A stretch of DNA of 64,000 nucleotides from Hymenobacter sp. (GTDB lineage: Bacteria > Bacteroidota > Bacteroidia > Cytophagales > Hymenobacteraceae). The notes below the pieces were generated by a model. That model was not told the origin of the DNA, searched no databases, and saw nothing but the letters and a program-made list of their open reading frames with translations. The translations under genes and the position numbers were made by a program. The stretch is taken from the NCBI GenBank assembly GCA_028288445.1, contig JAQBNT010000286.1:57-64056 (forward strand). The letters are read 5' to 3'. Each line of letters begins with the position of its first letter. The first letter of the stretch is position 1. This document shows, one piece after another, positions 9,119-18,989 of the stretch.

Positions 9119-10729
9119 CTACCAGCCCGTATTCTGCGTCATCGACTTATTCAGCGAGATTTCCGTGCTCGGAATGGGCCACAGCAAGTCGCGTTGCGAC
9201 ACGTTGTTGTAGGGCACCAGCGTGGCGGCGCGGCCGTAGTAGCCGATGCTGCTGTTCGAGGCATTGGGGGCCTGCGTGGTGATGATGGGCACCATGCCTT
9301 TCATCACGGTGAGGAAGGTGCCCCAGCGCAGCAGGTCGAGTTTGCGGTGGCCTTCGAAGGCCAGCTCGCGGGCGCGCTCGTCTTTGAGGGTGGCCAGGAA
9401 ATCGGCTTTGCTTTGGCCGGCGCGGGTGTCGGCCACGGTCGATACCGTGTTTATTGGTAGGCCGTAGCCCCGGCGGCGCACCTGATTCAGGGCCAGGTAG
9501 CTGTCGGTGGTGGGGCCGTTGTTCACCTCGTTATCGGCCTCGGCAAACATCAGCAGCACGTCGGAGTAGCGCAGCAGCGGCCAGTTGGTGGGGCCGAAAT
9601 TTTTGGCGAAGGCAATGGTCTGGTACTGGCGGCGCCACTTGGCAATGTAGCGGCCCCACACGTAGGTGGCGGCGTAGGGAATCTGGGCTTTGGTGGCGTC
9701 CTGGCCGGTGTAGGTGAAGGGGGCGATGTTCCAGTCGCGGCGCAGGTCGCCGGTGCCGTAGCGCTGGTACTGCACGCCGGTGGCCACGTACTGGCCCTGC
9801 ATGAAGCCCACGGTTTCGTTGTTGTTCGGGATGCCCAGCGTCGAGCCAAACCGCTCGATTTCGCGGTACACGTTGCCCACGCCGTTGCCGTTGAACTCCA
9901 CTTCCCACAGGCACTCCTTCAGGTCGTAGATGTCGGCGCTTTCGTTCTTGAAAATCTGGCTGTAGTCGCTGCTCAGCGCGTGCAGGCCGGAGGTCATCAC
10001 CTTCAACGCCCAGGTGCGGGCGGCGGCGTACCGGGAGGCATCGCCCAGCCGGCCGGCGGCGTGCAGATTAACCCGCGCCAGCATCCCGGCGGCGGCCGTT
10101 TTGCTGATGCGGCCGGTATTACCCCAGTCGGTGTTGTTCTTGAGCACGGCCTCGGCCGAGGTCATGTCATTAATAATCCGGGCGTACACATCGGCGGCCG
10201 GCGTGCGGGCAATGTTCACGTTCTGGGCCGAGGTGGTACTGCTCAGCTTCAGCGGCACATCGCCCCAGTAGCCCACCAATATGAAATAGTAGTAGGCCCG
10301 CAGAAACAGCGCTTCGGCCCGAATCTGCTCTTTGGCAGCAGCGCTGGCCTGGCTCTTGTCGATGTTTTCGAGCAGGGCATTGGCGCGGTTGATGCCTTCG
10401 TAGAGGTCGGTCCAGCAGTTGACGAGGTTGGCGTAGGACGGGTCGAAATTGTAGGCGCTCACGGCCACGGCGGCGTTGCTGCGCAGCAATTGCTCGTCGT
10501 TGGCGCTGGGCGCTTCCAGGGACAGAAAGCGCGAATAGGTGGACTCGTCGCTGTTGCCCATTTCGCTGTACACGGCCATGAGGGCGGCCGTGAGCTGGGC
10601 TTCGGTGTTGTAGTACGTCTGGGGCGCGATGGTGCTTTCGGGCAGCGTGTTCAGGAAATCCTTGCACGAACTCAGGCAGCTCAGGCCCAGCAGCAAGCCC
10701 AGGGTTTTGGGCAGAAATGATTTTTTCAT
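9119..10729 (-). CDS. susD: SusD/RagB family lipoprotein
   Basis: Lipobox LSSC after ATG 10729; EALFLRAYYYF, WGDVPL, LLRYSDVLLMFAEA, ERARELAFEGHR motifs. Confidence 0.95.
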   Translation of the reverse strand: MKKSFLPKTLGLLLGLSCLSSCKDFLNTLPESTIAPQTYYNTEAQLTAALMAVYSEMGNSDESTYSRFLSLEAPSANDEQLLRSNAAVAVSAYNFDPSYANLVNCWTDLYEGINRANALLENIDKSQASAAAKEQIRAEALFLRAYYYFILVGYWGDVPLKLSSTTSAQNVNIARTPAADVYARIINDMTSAEAVLKNNTDWGNTGRISKTAAAGMLARVNLHAAGRLGDASRYAAARTWALKVMTSGLHALSSDYSQIFKNESADIYDLKECLWEVEFNGNGVGNVYREIERFGSTLGIPNNNETVGFMQGQYVATGVQYQRYGTGDLRRDWNIAPFTYTGQDATKAQIPYAATYVWGRYIAKWRRQYQTIAFAKNFGPTNWPLLRYSDVLLMFAEADNEVNNGPTTDSYLALNQVRRRGYGLPINTVSTVADTRAGQSKADFLATLKDERARELAFEGHRKLDLLRWGTFLTVMKGMVPIITTQAPNASNSSIGYYGRAATLVPYNNVSQRDLLWPIPSTEISLNKSMTQNTGW

Positions 10730-10749
10730 GGCCGTTAAGACTGTGAGGC

Positions 10750-13700
10750 TTACAAAGAGAAATTGAGGCCCAGCGTGAAGGTGCGGGCGCGGGGGTACAC
10801 CGAGAAATCGAAGCCCGGCGTGAGGGCCCCGCCGTAGGCCGATACTTCGGGGTCGTTGCCGGAGTACCTGGTCCACGTCAGCAGGTTTTGGGCGGAGGCG
10901 TACACGCGCAGGCTTTGCAGGTGGGCGCGGCGGGCCAGCGGAGCCGGGAAGGTGTAGCCCAAATTCACGGTTTTGAGGCGCAGGTAGGAGCCGTCCTCGA
11001 TGATGCGGGTGGAGTACACGCGCGGGCCCTGGCCGCCCACGCGGTAGAGGTCGTTGGTCGGGTTGTCGATGGTCCAGCGGTTGGCGTAGCTGGCAAACTG
11101 GTTGAGGCCGGGCTTGAGCGCGCCGCCCTCGAAGATGATGCGGTTGGCATTCAGAATGTCGTTTCCGTAGGAGAATTGCAGGAACACATTCAAATCAAAA
11201 CCCTTGAAGGTAAAGTTGTTCGAGAAGCCGCCGATGAACTTGGGGTTGGGGTTGCCGATGACTTTGCGGTCGTTGTTATCCACCACGCCGTCGTTGTTCA
11301 GGTCGGCGTATTTGATGTCGCCGGGCCGGATGCTGGTGCGCGTGATGCCGTTGTTGGGCACGCCGTCCTTCAGGGCGTACACGCCGGGCGACGTTTCGTT
11401 GAAGTCGCTGAGCTGGTAGTTGCCAATCCACTCAAAGCCGTACATCTGCGCCACCGGCTGGCCAATCTGGGCGATGTAGGCCGGCACGTTGCCGTAGCCC
11501 GAGGCCGACGACCACGGCACAGTGGTCAGCAAATTATCCTGGTTTTGGCTCAGCCCCAGCACCTTGGTCTTGTTGAAGGCGATGTTGAAGCTGCTGGTCC
11601 AGCCGAAGGCTTTCTGGGCCACATTCACGGTACCCAGCGTCAGCTCCAGCCCTTCGTTTTGCACCGAGCCGATGTTCTGGAAAGCCGTGAGGTAGCCCGC
11701 CGTCGGCGGCAGCTGCGAGTTGAGCAGCAGGTCGGTGGTTTTCTTGCGGTAGAGGTCGGCCGTGAGGGTAATGCGCTGGTTGAAAAAGCCCAAATCCACG
11801 CCTAAATCGGCTTCGGCGGTGGTTTCCCACTTCAAATTCGGGTTGCCCAAGGCAATGGGCGCGGCGCCGCGCACGAACACGCCGCCCGGCGAGTACGACT
11901 CGGCCACCGGCAAGCTCAGGGTTGAAAACGAGGCGTAGTCGCCCACGCGGTTATTGCCCGTTATGCCGTAGCTGGCCCGGATTTTCGCGTCCGAAACCGA
12001 CTTTAGTCCCTTCATAAAATCCTCCTGGCTGATGTGCCAGGCCACCGAGCCCGAGGGGAAGTAGCCCCACTTCTGCCCTTCCGCGAAGCGCGACGAGCCA
12101 TCGGCCCGGAACGAAAGCGTGAGCAAATAGCGCGACAAGTAGTTGTAGTTCACGCGCTCCAGAAAGGAAAGCAGCGTGTTCTGCCCCTGGTAACTGGTGA
12201 TGGTGTACGGCGTGCCATCGCTCAAGCCGTTGATGCCCAGGCTCTCGTTCGGCACCAGCACCGAGCCGCCGCCCGACAGCGCCGTGCGGTTGCCCTGCAC
12301 CGTGAAGCCGGTTACGGAGTTAATCCGGTGCTTGCCGCTGAACAGCTTGTTGTACGTCAGCGTGTTCTCGTTCACGTAGTTGTTCAGCTCCGTGAACACC
12401 ACCGAGCCGTTCACGCCATTAAAGCCCTGCACGCTGTTCAGGTTGCCGGTGCGGGTGCTGGAATTATTGAACGTCTCGTAGCGCAGTATGCTCCGGTTCA
12501 CGCCGCCGGTCAACCGCAGCCGCAGTGAGCTGCCGATGAGATAGTCGGCGTAAGCGTTGGCCGTGAGCTGGTTGGTGATGCGGTTGCGCAGCTCGTTCTC
12601 GGCCGTCAGGCGCGGGTTCCACTGGAAGTTGGTGGCGGAAGTGACTTCGGCGTCCTGCTCGGCGTTGAGCAAGGTGGTCAGGTCGTTGCCACCGTTGATG
12701 GGCCGGTAGCCGTACAGGCTGGTGAGCAGGGCCAGGTCGGAATTGCCTGCGCCGGCCACCGGCGTGCCGTAGGAGGTGAAGTTGCTGTAGTTGGCATTGA
12801 CGCCCGCCCGCAGGTTGCGGTTCACGTCCTGGTCGAGGGTGAAGCGGCCCTGATAGCGCTTGAAGCCCGAGGCGATGATGGTGCCTTTCTGGTCCAGAAT
12901 CGAGCCCGAAACCGAGTATTTAGTGCCCTTATTCCCGCCGCGCAGGGCCAGGTTGTGGCTCTGCATGGGCGCGATGCGCAGCAACTCATCCTGCCAGTCG
13001 ATGCTGGGCGCGTTGCGGTAGCTGTCCAGGGTCTGGCCGTTTTTCAGGTACAGGTTGGCGGCGTTGATGGGGTCGTATTCAAGCTGGAGCTTCACGAATT
13101 CATAGGGGTCCATCAGCTTGGCGCGGCTCAGGCTTTGCTGCTCGCCAAAGTAGCCGTCGTAGGTGATGGTGGGCGCGCCCTCGGTGCCGCGCTTGGTGGT
13201 CACGAGGATAACGCCGTTAGCCCCGCGCGAGCCATAGATGGCCGTGGCCGACGCATCTTTCAGTACCTGAATCGACTCAATCTCACTCGGATTAAGCGAG
13301 TTATTGTTGTAGCCCTCAATGGGAAAGCCGTCGATAACGTAGAGCGGCGAGTTGTCCTGCGTGATGGAGTTGCCGCCCCGAATGATGATGGCGGGGGCCG
13401 CGCCGGGCTGCCCGTCAGGCGAGGCCACCTGCACGCCGGCCACGCGCCCGGCCAGCGCGTCGTCGAACGACTTCACCGGGGCCTTGTTCAAATCTTCCAC
13501 GTTCACCGAGCCCACCGAGCCGGTGAGGTCGCCGCGCTTCACCTCGCCGTAGCCCACCACCACCACTTCTTCCAGGCTCTGCGCGTCGCCTTTCAAGGTG
13601 ATGTTCAGCAGCGTATTGCCCTTGATGGCGCGCTCTACCGGCTGGTAACCCACGTAGGAAAACACCAGCACCGCCTGGCTATTGGGGGCCTGAATGTTGA

Positions 13701-13941
13701 ATTTGCCCTCGGCATCGGTCACGGTGCCCACGGTGCCGTCCTTCACGCGCACCGTCACACCGATGAGGTTTTCACCGGTCACGTCCTTCACCCGGCCCGT
13801 CACGGTGATGCCCTTGAGCACCTGCGTGGGAGTTTGGGCCTGGGCCGGCGAGATGCCCGGCAGCAGCGCCAGCAGCACCAGCGGCGGGAGGGCGCGGCTC
13901 AGTCGGCGGGCCGGATTGTCTTTCGTAAAAAGAGGAAACAT
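10750..13941 (-). CDS. susC: SusC/RagA TonB-dependent transporter
   Basis: CarboxypepD-like N-domain, EEVVVVGYG, plug (VLKDASATAIYGSRGANGVILVTTK), NLKWETT, C-terminal YPRARTFTLGLNFSL. Confidence 0.97.
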   Translation of the reverse strand: MFPLFTKDNPARRLSRALPPLVLLALLPGISPAQAQTPTQVLKGITVTGRVKDVTGENLIGVTVRVKDGTVGTVTDAEGKFNIQAPNSQAVLVFSYVGYQPVERAIKGNTLLNITLKGDAQSLEEVVVVGYGEVKRGDLTGSVGSVNVEDLNKAPVKSFDDALAGRVAGVQVASPDGQPGAAPAIIIRGGNSITQDNSPLYVIDGFPIEGYNNNSLNPSEIESIQVLKDASATAIYGSRGANGVILVTTKRGTEGAPTITYDGYFGEQQSLSRAKLMDPYEFVKLQLEYDPINAANLYLKNGQTLDSYRNAPSIDWQDELLRIAPMQSHNLALRGGNKGTKYSVSGSILDQKGTIIASGFKRYQGRFTLDQDVNRNLRAGVNANYSNFTSYGTPVAGAGNSDLALLTSLYGYRPINGGNDLTTLLNAEQDAEVTSATNFQWNPRLTAENELRNRITNQLTANAYADYLIGSSLRLRLTGGVNRSILRYETFNNSSTRTGNLNSVQGFNGVNGSVVFTELNNYVNENTLTYNKLFSGKHRINSVTGFTVQGNRTALSGGGSVLVPNESLGINGLSDGTPYTITSYQGQNTLLSFLERVNYNYLSRYLLTLSFRADGSSRFAEGQKWGYFPSGSVAWHISQEDFMKGLKSVSDAKIRASYGITGNNRVGDYASFSTLSLPVAESYSPGGVFVRGAAPIALGNPNLKWETTAEADLGVDLGFFNQRITLTADLYRKKTTDLLLNSQLPPTAGYLTAFQNIGSVQNEGLELTLGTVNVAQKAFGWTSSFNIAFNKTKVLGLSQNQDNLLTTVPWSSASGYGNVPAYIAQIGQPVAQMYGFEWIGNYQLSDFNETSPGVYALKDGVPNNGITRTSIRPGDIKYADLNNDGVVDNNDRKVIGNPNPKFIGGFSNNFTFKGFDLNVFLQFSYGNDILNANRIIFEGGALKPGLNQFASYANRWTIDNPTNDLYRVGGQGPRVYSTRIIEDGSYLRLKTVNLGYTFPAPLARRAHLQSLRVYASAQNLLTWTRYSGNDPEVSAYGGALTPGFDFSVYPRARTFTLGLNFSL

Positions 13942-14033
13942 AGCTGTAAAAGCTAAAGGGTGGGAATTCTAAGCAGGCCGGCAGAGGTGCCGGCTACTTT
14001 GGGGATTCAAGAAAAAATCGAGGTGGGCCCGGA

Positions 14034-15341
14034 CTAGGCCACCCGCCGAATGGTGCCGCTCACGCCCAGCGCCACGGCCGCGCCCAGCGGCACGAGCAGC
14101 GCCGCCAGCGCGAAAAACGGCACGTAGCTGGTGCGCGTGAGCACCGGCACCAGCCAAGTAGTCAGCAATGTGCCGAACACGGCGGCCGTGCCGCCCAGCC
14201 CCGCCAGTGTGCCCACCGACTTGCCCGAGAACAAGTCGCCCGGCAAGGTCTGGATATTGCCAATCGTAATTTGGAAACCCATGAGGGCGAAGAAGATGCA
14301 GCCCATGGCATACTCCGGCGTGGTGGCCTGCGAGCTGAGAATAAGCGCCGGCAGCATGATAATGCAGCCCAGCGCAATGCAGGTTTTGCGGGCCCGGTTC
14401 ACGGTGCTACCGCCTTTGATGAAGCGGCCCGAGAGCCAGCCGCCGCCCAGACTGCCAATGGCCGCGCCCACGTACGGAAACCACGCAAACGCGCCAATCT
14501 GCTTGATGTCGAACTGAAACCGCTCGTGCAGGTAAATCGGCAGCCAGCTCACGAACAGCCACCAGATGGGGTCGAGCAGAAACCGGGAGCCCAGTACCGC
14601 CCACGACTGCCGGTAGCTCAGCAGCGTGCGGATGGGCAGCGCCACTTCGGCCACGGCCGACGCGGCCGGTTGCCCGTCCAGGATGTGCTGGCGTTCGGCC
14701 TCGGTCAGCCAGGGGTGGGTGGCGGGCGTGGCCTTGTTCACTATCCACCACGGAATCACCCAAATCAGGCCCAGCCCGCCAATGAGCAGGAAGGTGATTT
14801 TCCAGCCCACCGCGCCGTAGAAATACGCAATGAGCGGGGCCGAAACCACCGCGCCCACCGACGCCCCCGCATTGAACAAGCCCTGCGCAAACGCCCGCTC
14901 CCGCACCGGAAACCACTCGGCATTCGACTTAGCCGCGCCGGGCCAGTTGCCAGCCTCGCCCAGCCCCAGAATGGCCCGGAACACGGCAAACGACACCAGT
15001 CCGCGCGACAGCGCGTGCAGCGCCGCCCCCACGCTCCACACCACAATCGAGAGCGTGAACCCGATGCGCGTGCCCACCTTGTCAAACACCCGCCCCGATA
15101 CGCTCTGGCTGATGCCGTACGCCACCATGAAAAAGCTGACTACCAGCGCGTACTGGTTCTTATCAAGCTGCAAATCATTGGCAATGCCGGGCCACATCAC
15201 GGCCAGCGCGTTGCGGTCGATGTAGTTAATGACCGTGGCAATGGCAATGAGCACGATAATCCACCAGCGCAGTCCTTCCACCTTGCGGGTGGCGGGTGGC
15301 GCGGAAGCCGGCGTGGGCGGCGGGGCGGTAAGTGGTTGCAT
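14034..15341 (-). CDS. exuT: MFS hexuronate/DEH transporter (ExuT-like)
   Basis: LRWWIIVLIAIATVINYIDR, GLGEAGNWPGAAK..AEWFP..ERA.AQG.FNAG, DPIWWLFVSWLP motifs. Confidence 0.88.
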   Translation of the reverse strand: MQPLTAPPPTPASAPPATRKVEGLRWWIIVLIAIATVINYIDRNALAVMWPGIANDLQLDKNQYALVVSFFMVAYGISQSVSGRVFDKVGTRIGFTLSIVVWSVGAALHALSRGLVSFAVFRAILGLGEAGNWPGAAKSNAEWFPVRERAFAQGLFNAGASVGAVVSAPLIAYFYGAVGWKITFLLIGGLGLIWVIPWWIVNKATPATHPWLTEAERQHILDGQPAASAVAEVALPIRTLLSYRQSWAVLGSRFLLDPIWWLFVSWLPIYLHERFQFDIKQIGAFAWFPYVGAAIGSLGGGWLSGRFIKGGSTVNRARKTCIALGCIIMLPALILSSQATTPEYAMGCIFFALMGFQITIGNIQTLPGDLFSGKSVGTLAGLGGTAAVFGTLLTTWLVPVLTRTSYVPFFALAALLVPLGAAVALGVSGTIRRVA

Positions 15342-15380
15342 TGGGTGGGATTTGAGGGAGGGGGGTTAATTCTAAAGAAT

Positions 15381-15472
15381 GTCATGCTCAGCTTGTCGAA
15401 GCATCTCGCTCGCATCGTTGCAGCGATTGGATTACTCCTGCGGTAGAGATGCTTCGACAAGCTCAGCATGAC
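15381..15472. repeat. REP/MITE-like palindromic element (GTCATGCTGAGC family)
   Basis: 27-bp arms GTCATGCTCAGCTTGTCGAAGCATCTC / GAGATGCTTCGACAAGCTCAGCATGAC with one mismatch. Confidence 0.9.
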
Positions 15473-15505
15473 TATTCTTATGGGGCCACGGGCTGTTCTG
15501 CTGCC

Positions 15506-15886
15506 TTAGACCGCCGCCGTAGCCGCGGGCGCATACGCCGGGTGGCCGGTCATAAAATCCTCACGAATCGGGCTGAAAATGTCCAGCAGCACGCCGGCCT
15601 GGATGGCCGTGGCCCCGTGCGGCACGTTGGGCAAGATGTAGTACACATCGCCCGTGCGCAGCACCTGGGTGTCCTCGCCGATGGTCACGGCAAATTCGCC
15701 GCTTTCGATATAGGTAATCTGGCTGTGAAAGTGCTGGTGGATAGGCCCAACGCCGCCGGTTTCGAAGTCGGCTTTCACCAGCATCAGGGTGTCGTCGTAG
15801 GCTAGAATCTTGCGCCGCACGCCGGGGCTCACGGCTTCCCAGGCAATGTCCTGGTCTTGAATAAAAGGAGTGCTGAAATACCGCAT
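15506..15886 (-). CDS. kdgF: cupin KdgF (pectin/alginate degradation protein)
   Basis: GVRRKILAY, HQHFHSQITY..SGEF, NVPHG, DIFSPIREDF. Confidence 0.9.
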   Translation of the reverse strand: MRYFSTPFIQDQDIAWEAVSPGVRRKILAYDDTLMLVKADFETGGVGPIHQHFHSQITYIESGEFAVTIGEDTQVLRTGDVYYILPNVPHGATAIQAGVLLDIFSPIREDFMTGHPAYAPAATAAV

Positions 15887-15928
15887 AAGGGGGTTGGATT
15901 CAGGTTAATGGGTGGTAGAAACAGTGAT

Positions 15929-18166
15929 TTAGCGGCCGGTGTGGCGCAATTGGTAAGGGCCCTGCCAGCGCAAGGGCTGGCCGGCCACGGTGGCCTGGTG
16001 GGCTTTGGTGGCGGCGGCATCCTGGTTGGCGATGGCCAGGCGGTAGGTGCCGCCGCGCCGCAGCTGCACTTCTACCACCGTGGCCTCGGGACTGTCGGAG
16101 AGGACCGTCACGCGGGCCACATTGCTACGCGAGCCGCTGGCCACTTCCGAAGTTGGGTTGAATTCGCCGTGGCCTTCAATCACCGACACGAAAACCTGAT
16201 TCTGGGCCTTCTGGCGCACAATCAAGGCGGGTTCGGGGCGCAGGTTGAAGTTGGGGTCGGTGGCCCCAACGCGGGCCAGTACCAGGTGCGTGGCCGTGTC
16301 GGTGGCCGTGCTCAGGGAGTAGAACTGCGGGCCGTTGAGCCAGGTAAGGGTGGCAACGCCGGGCGTGCGCATCGGTTGACTGACGGCCTCGCGCCAAAGG
16401 TGCTGGTAACCGTTTTTCAAGCCCACCGTCTGCCGGCTCGTGGCGAAGCTGTCGTACTTGAAGCTGGTTGAAATCAGCTGGCCCTGGTAGTACCACGGCA
16501 GGTCGTACTGGTGCGGCGCGGTGGCCTGCACCCGGAACACGTCCAGCACCAGCGGCTTGCCCGAGAGGCTATCGAGCACCAGCGCCACGGTGCGCTGCAG
16601 CTGCACGCCGGGGTAGGCGGTGTTGGCCTTCGCGCTCACCACTTGGGCTTTGGCGTTGCTGATATCGGCAAACCAGGCCTGGCCAGCGTTCTGCTCGGCC
16701 ACGCTTTCCTTGCCGCCGAAGTCAGAAGTTTCGTCCACCACCAGCGTGTTGTGCGCGATGGTCTGACTGCCCCAGGTTTTGGTCTCGGGCAGGTAGCGCC
16801 CGCCTTCTTTGGCCTCCACATTGAGGAAGCGCACGGCCCCGTAGTCCTGCAGCACCTCGCGGCCCTGGTCGTAGAGCACAATGCCGAGCTTGTCATAGTG
16901 CCCGTGCGAGAGGCCGTGGCTGGTGTACTTGAAAATCAGGCTGGTCTGCGCATCCTGAGTGCCGGCGCGGAGCACGGCCAGGCCGCCCTCGGTGCCGGTG
17001 GGGCCGTCGGTGTAGAGCACGCTCTGGCGCTGGTAGGGCAGCAGGTTCTTGCCGGCTTCCTGCACGGCTTTGGCCACGGCCAGCCCGCCGGGCACTATCA
17101 TCACCTTGCCCTGCTGTTGGGCCAGCCCGAGCAGCGTTTTATCGACGCCATAATGCTGCGCGGCAATCGAAATGGCCCCAACCAGCTCCTGCGTGGTCCA
17201 GTCCTTTTCCTTCAGCGCATCGTTCAGCGGATAGTAGCGGCCGTCGTTGTTCGTGAGCTGGAGCGACGAATTCAGCGCCTTTTTCAGGATGCTGCCCCGG
17301 TACTCAAAAATGTGCAGCTCGGGCTGGTTGTTGTCGATGGCCTGGGCAAACATGAAGAACGGCGACAGCGCGTAACGCGAGTAGTACGGCCCTTCGGTGT
17401 AGTACCCATCGGGCGAAAAAAGCCCGTTCAGCTGGGCCAGGAAGCCGCTTTTGTCGTTGCCGGCGCTGCCGTGCACCGCCAGGTTTATCAGCTTCTGGTC
17501 GTGCATGGCGTAGCCCACCATGCCCACGCCGGCGGCCGCCCACACGCCGTGGTTGTGCACGAGGTCGAACCATGATTTCAGGTCCTGGGTGAAGTAGTTG
17601 CACAGCGGCCGGAAAGCCCCGTCCTCAATCTGCTTGCGCTCGGCGGGCGTCAGCGCATCATACACGGCGTCGTAACCCTGCGCGCTATACACCAGCCAGT
17701 TGGCATCATTCAGCGCCTGGTGAAACAGCCGGCCGGGCGACGAGCTTTTGGCCTCCGGGTGGTTTTTTAGGCCCGGAATTAGCTTGCTGTATTCCAGCAG
17801 CATATCGCGCACGAAGCGGGCGTACTTGCCGTCCCTGGTCAGCTGGAAGCAGATGCCGGCGGCCTGCATGGCGTAGTAGTTACGGGTGTGCTGCTCGTGG
17901 GTGTAGCCGCCGGCGGGGTCCTTGGGTACGGGCACCGCAATGGGGCTGGCCAGGGCCTTATCGGCCGTTTTTTGCAGGGCGCGGTAGCTTTTGTCGAACA
18001 GCGGGTACTGGCCCTGGGCCTGCCGCAGGGCCGGCACCTCGGCCGCCGTGATGAGCAGCGCCGGGTGGCCCGGCGCAGGCGCAACGGCGCGGGCCGGCCC
18101 CGTGGCCAGCAGCCCGGCCACGGCCAGCACCCATCCCCAAATGTTTCCCTGCCGACGGCCGCGCAT
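15929..18166 (-). CDS. PL17 exo-type oligoalginate lyase (alginate lyase plus heparinase II/III domains)
   Basis: GGYTHEQH..NY, LFHQALND..W, HNHG.W, YYTEGPYY.RY, HGHYDKL, QTIAHNTLVVD; start taken at ATG 18166. Confidence 0.92.
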   Translation of the reverse strand: MRGRRQGNIWGWVLAVAGLLATGPARAVAPAPGHPALLITAAEVPALRQAQGQYPLFDKSYRALQKTADKALASPIAVPVPKDPAGGYTHEQHTRNYYAMQAAGICFQLTRDGKYARFVRDMLLEYSKLIPGLKNHPEAKSSSPGRLFHQALNDANWLVYSAQGYDAVYDALTPAERKQIEDGAFRPLCNYFTQDLKSWFDLVHNHGVWAAAGVGMVGYAMHDQKLINLAVHGSAGNDKSGFLAQLNGLFSPDGYYTEGPYYSRYALSPFFMFAQAIDNNQPELHIFEYRGSILKKALNSSLQLTNNDGRYYPLNDALKEKDWTTQELVGAISIAAQHYGVDKTLLGLAQQQGKVMIVPGGLAVAKAVQEAGKNLLPYQRQSVLYTDGPTGTEGGLAVLRAGTQDAQTSLIFKYTSHGLSHGHYDKLGIVLYDQGREVLQDYGAVRFLNVEAKEGGRYLPETKTWGSQTIAHNTLVVDETSDFGGKESVAEQNAGQAWFADISNAKAQVVSAKANTAYPGVQLQRTVALVLDSLSGKPLVLDVFRVQATAPHQYDLPWYYQGQLISTSFKYDSFATSRQTVGLKNGYQHLWREAVSQPMRTPGVATLTWLNGPQFYSLSTATDTATHLVLARVGATDPNFNLRPEPALIVRQKAQNQVFVSVIEGHGEFNPTSEVASGSRSNVARVTVLSDSPEATVVEVQLRRGGTYRLAIANQDAAATKAHQATVAGQPLRWQGPYQLRHTGR

Positions 18167-18170
18167 CTGC

Positions 18171-18929
18171 TTAAATAAAGTAGGTGCCACCATTGATTTC
18201 CATCGAAGCGCCCGTGATGAACGACGACTCACTGGAAGCCAGATACGTCACCAAATCAGCCACTTCCTTGGCCTGGCCCTCGCGGCGCAACGGGGTGCCG
18301 CCGGCCACCCGCTCGCGCACTTCGGGCTTGGTGAAGGTGTCGTGGAAAGCCGTGGCAATCATGCCCGGCGACACGGCATTCACGCGGATGCCTTTCGGGC
18401 CCAGCTCTTTGGCCAGGCCGCGGGTCAGGGTCAGCACGCCGCCTTTGCCGGTGGCGTAGGCCAGGGCACCGGGGCCGCCGCCGTCGCGGGCCGCCTGCGA
18501 GGCGAAGTTGACGATGGCCCCGCCCTCCGTCATGTGCGGCACCACGGCTTTGCTGAGCAAAAACACCGATTTCAGGTTCACGTCAATCACGAAATCCCAG
18601 AAGGACTCGTCCATTTCTTCCAGCGTTTTGCGGGCAACGAGGCCGCCCACCACGTTCACCAGAATGTCGATTTTCGGGCCGAAGGCGTCGGTGCAGGCTT
18701 TTACTACCTGCGCTACGTCAGCGGCTTTGGTCATGTCGCCCTGCGCGGCCACTACCTGGCCCGCGCCCAGCGCTTCAATTTGCCGGCGCGTCTCGTCCGA
18801 CTCCGTTTCCGAATCAAAATAATTGAAGCAAACATTGGCTCCGGCCTTGGCCAACGCGAGCGAAACCTGGCGGCCAATGTCGCGGCCACCGCCGCTAACC
18901 AACGCTACTTTTCCTGATAAATCGTGCAT
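18171..18929 (-). CDS. SDR oxidoreductase, probable DEH reductase
   Basis: SGGGRDIG Rossmann motif, YATGK (YxxxK), located between the PL6 and PL17 genes. Confidence 0.85.
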   Translation of the reverse strand: MHDLSGKVALVSGGGRDIGRQVSLALAKAGANVCFNYFDSETESDETRRQIEALGAGQVVAAQGDMTKAADVAQVVKACTDAFGPKIDILVNVVGGLVARKTLEEMDESFWDFVIDVNLKSVFLLSKAVVPHMTEGGAIVNFASQAARDGGGPGALAYATGKGGVLTLTRGLAKELGPKGIRVNAVSPGMIATAFHDTFTKPEVRERVAGGTPLRREGQAKEVADLVTYLASSESSFITGASMEINGGTYFI

Positions 18930-18989
18930 AAGGGGGAATTTTCGGGCCGAAGCCCAGGGTGTAAGAATTGGGTTGGAAACGGGAAAGAA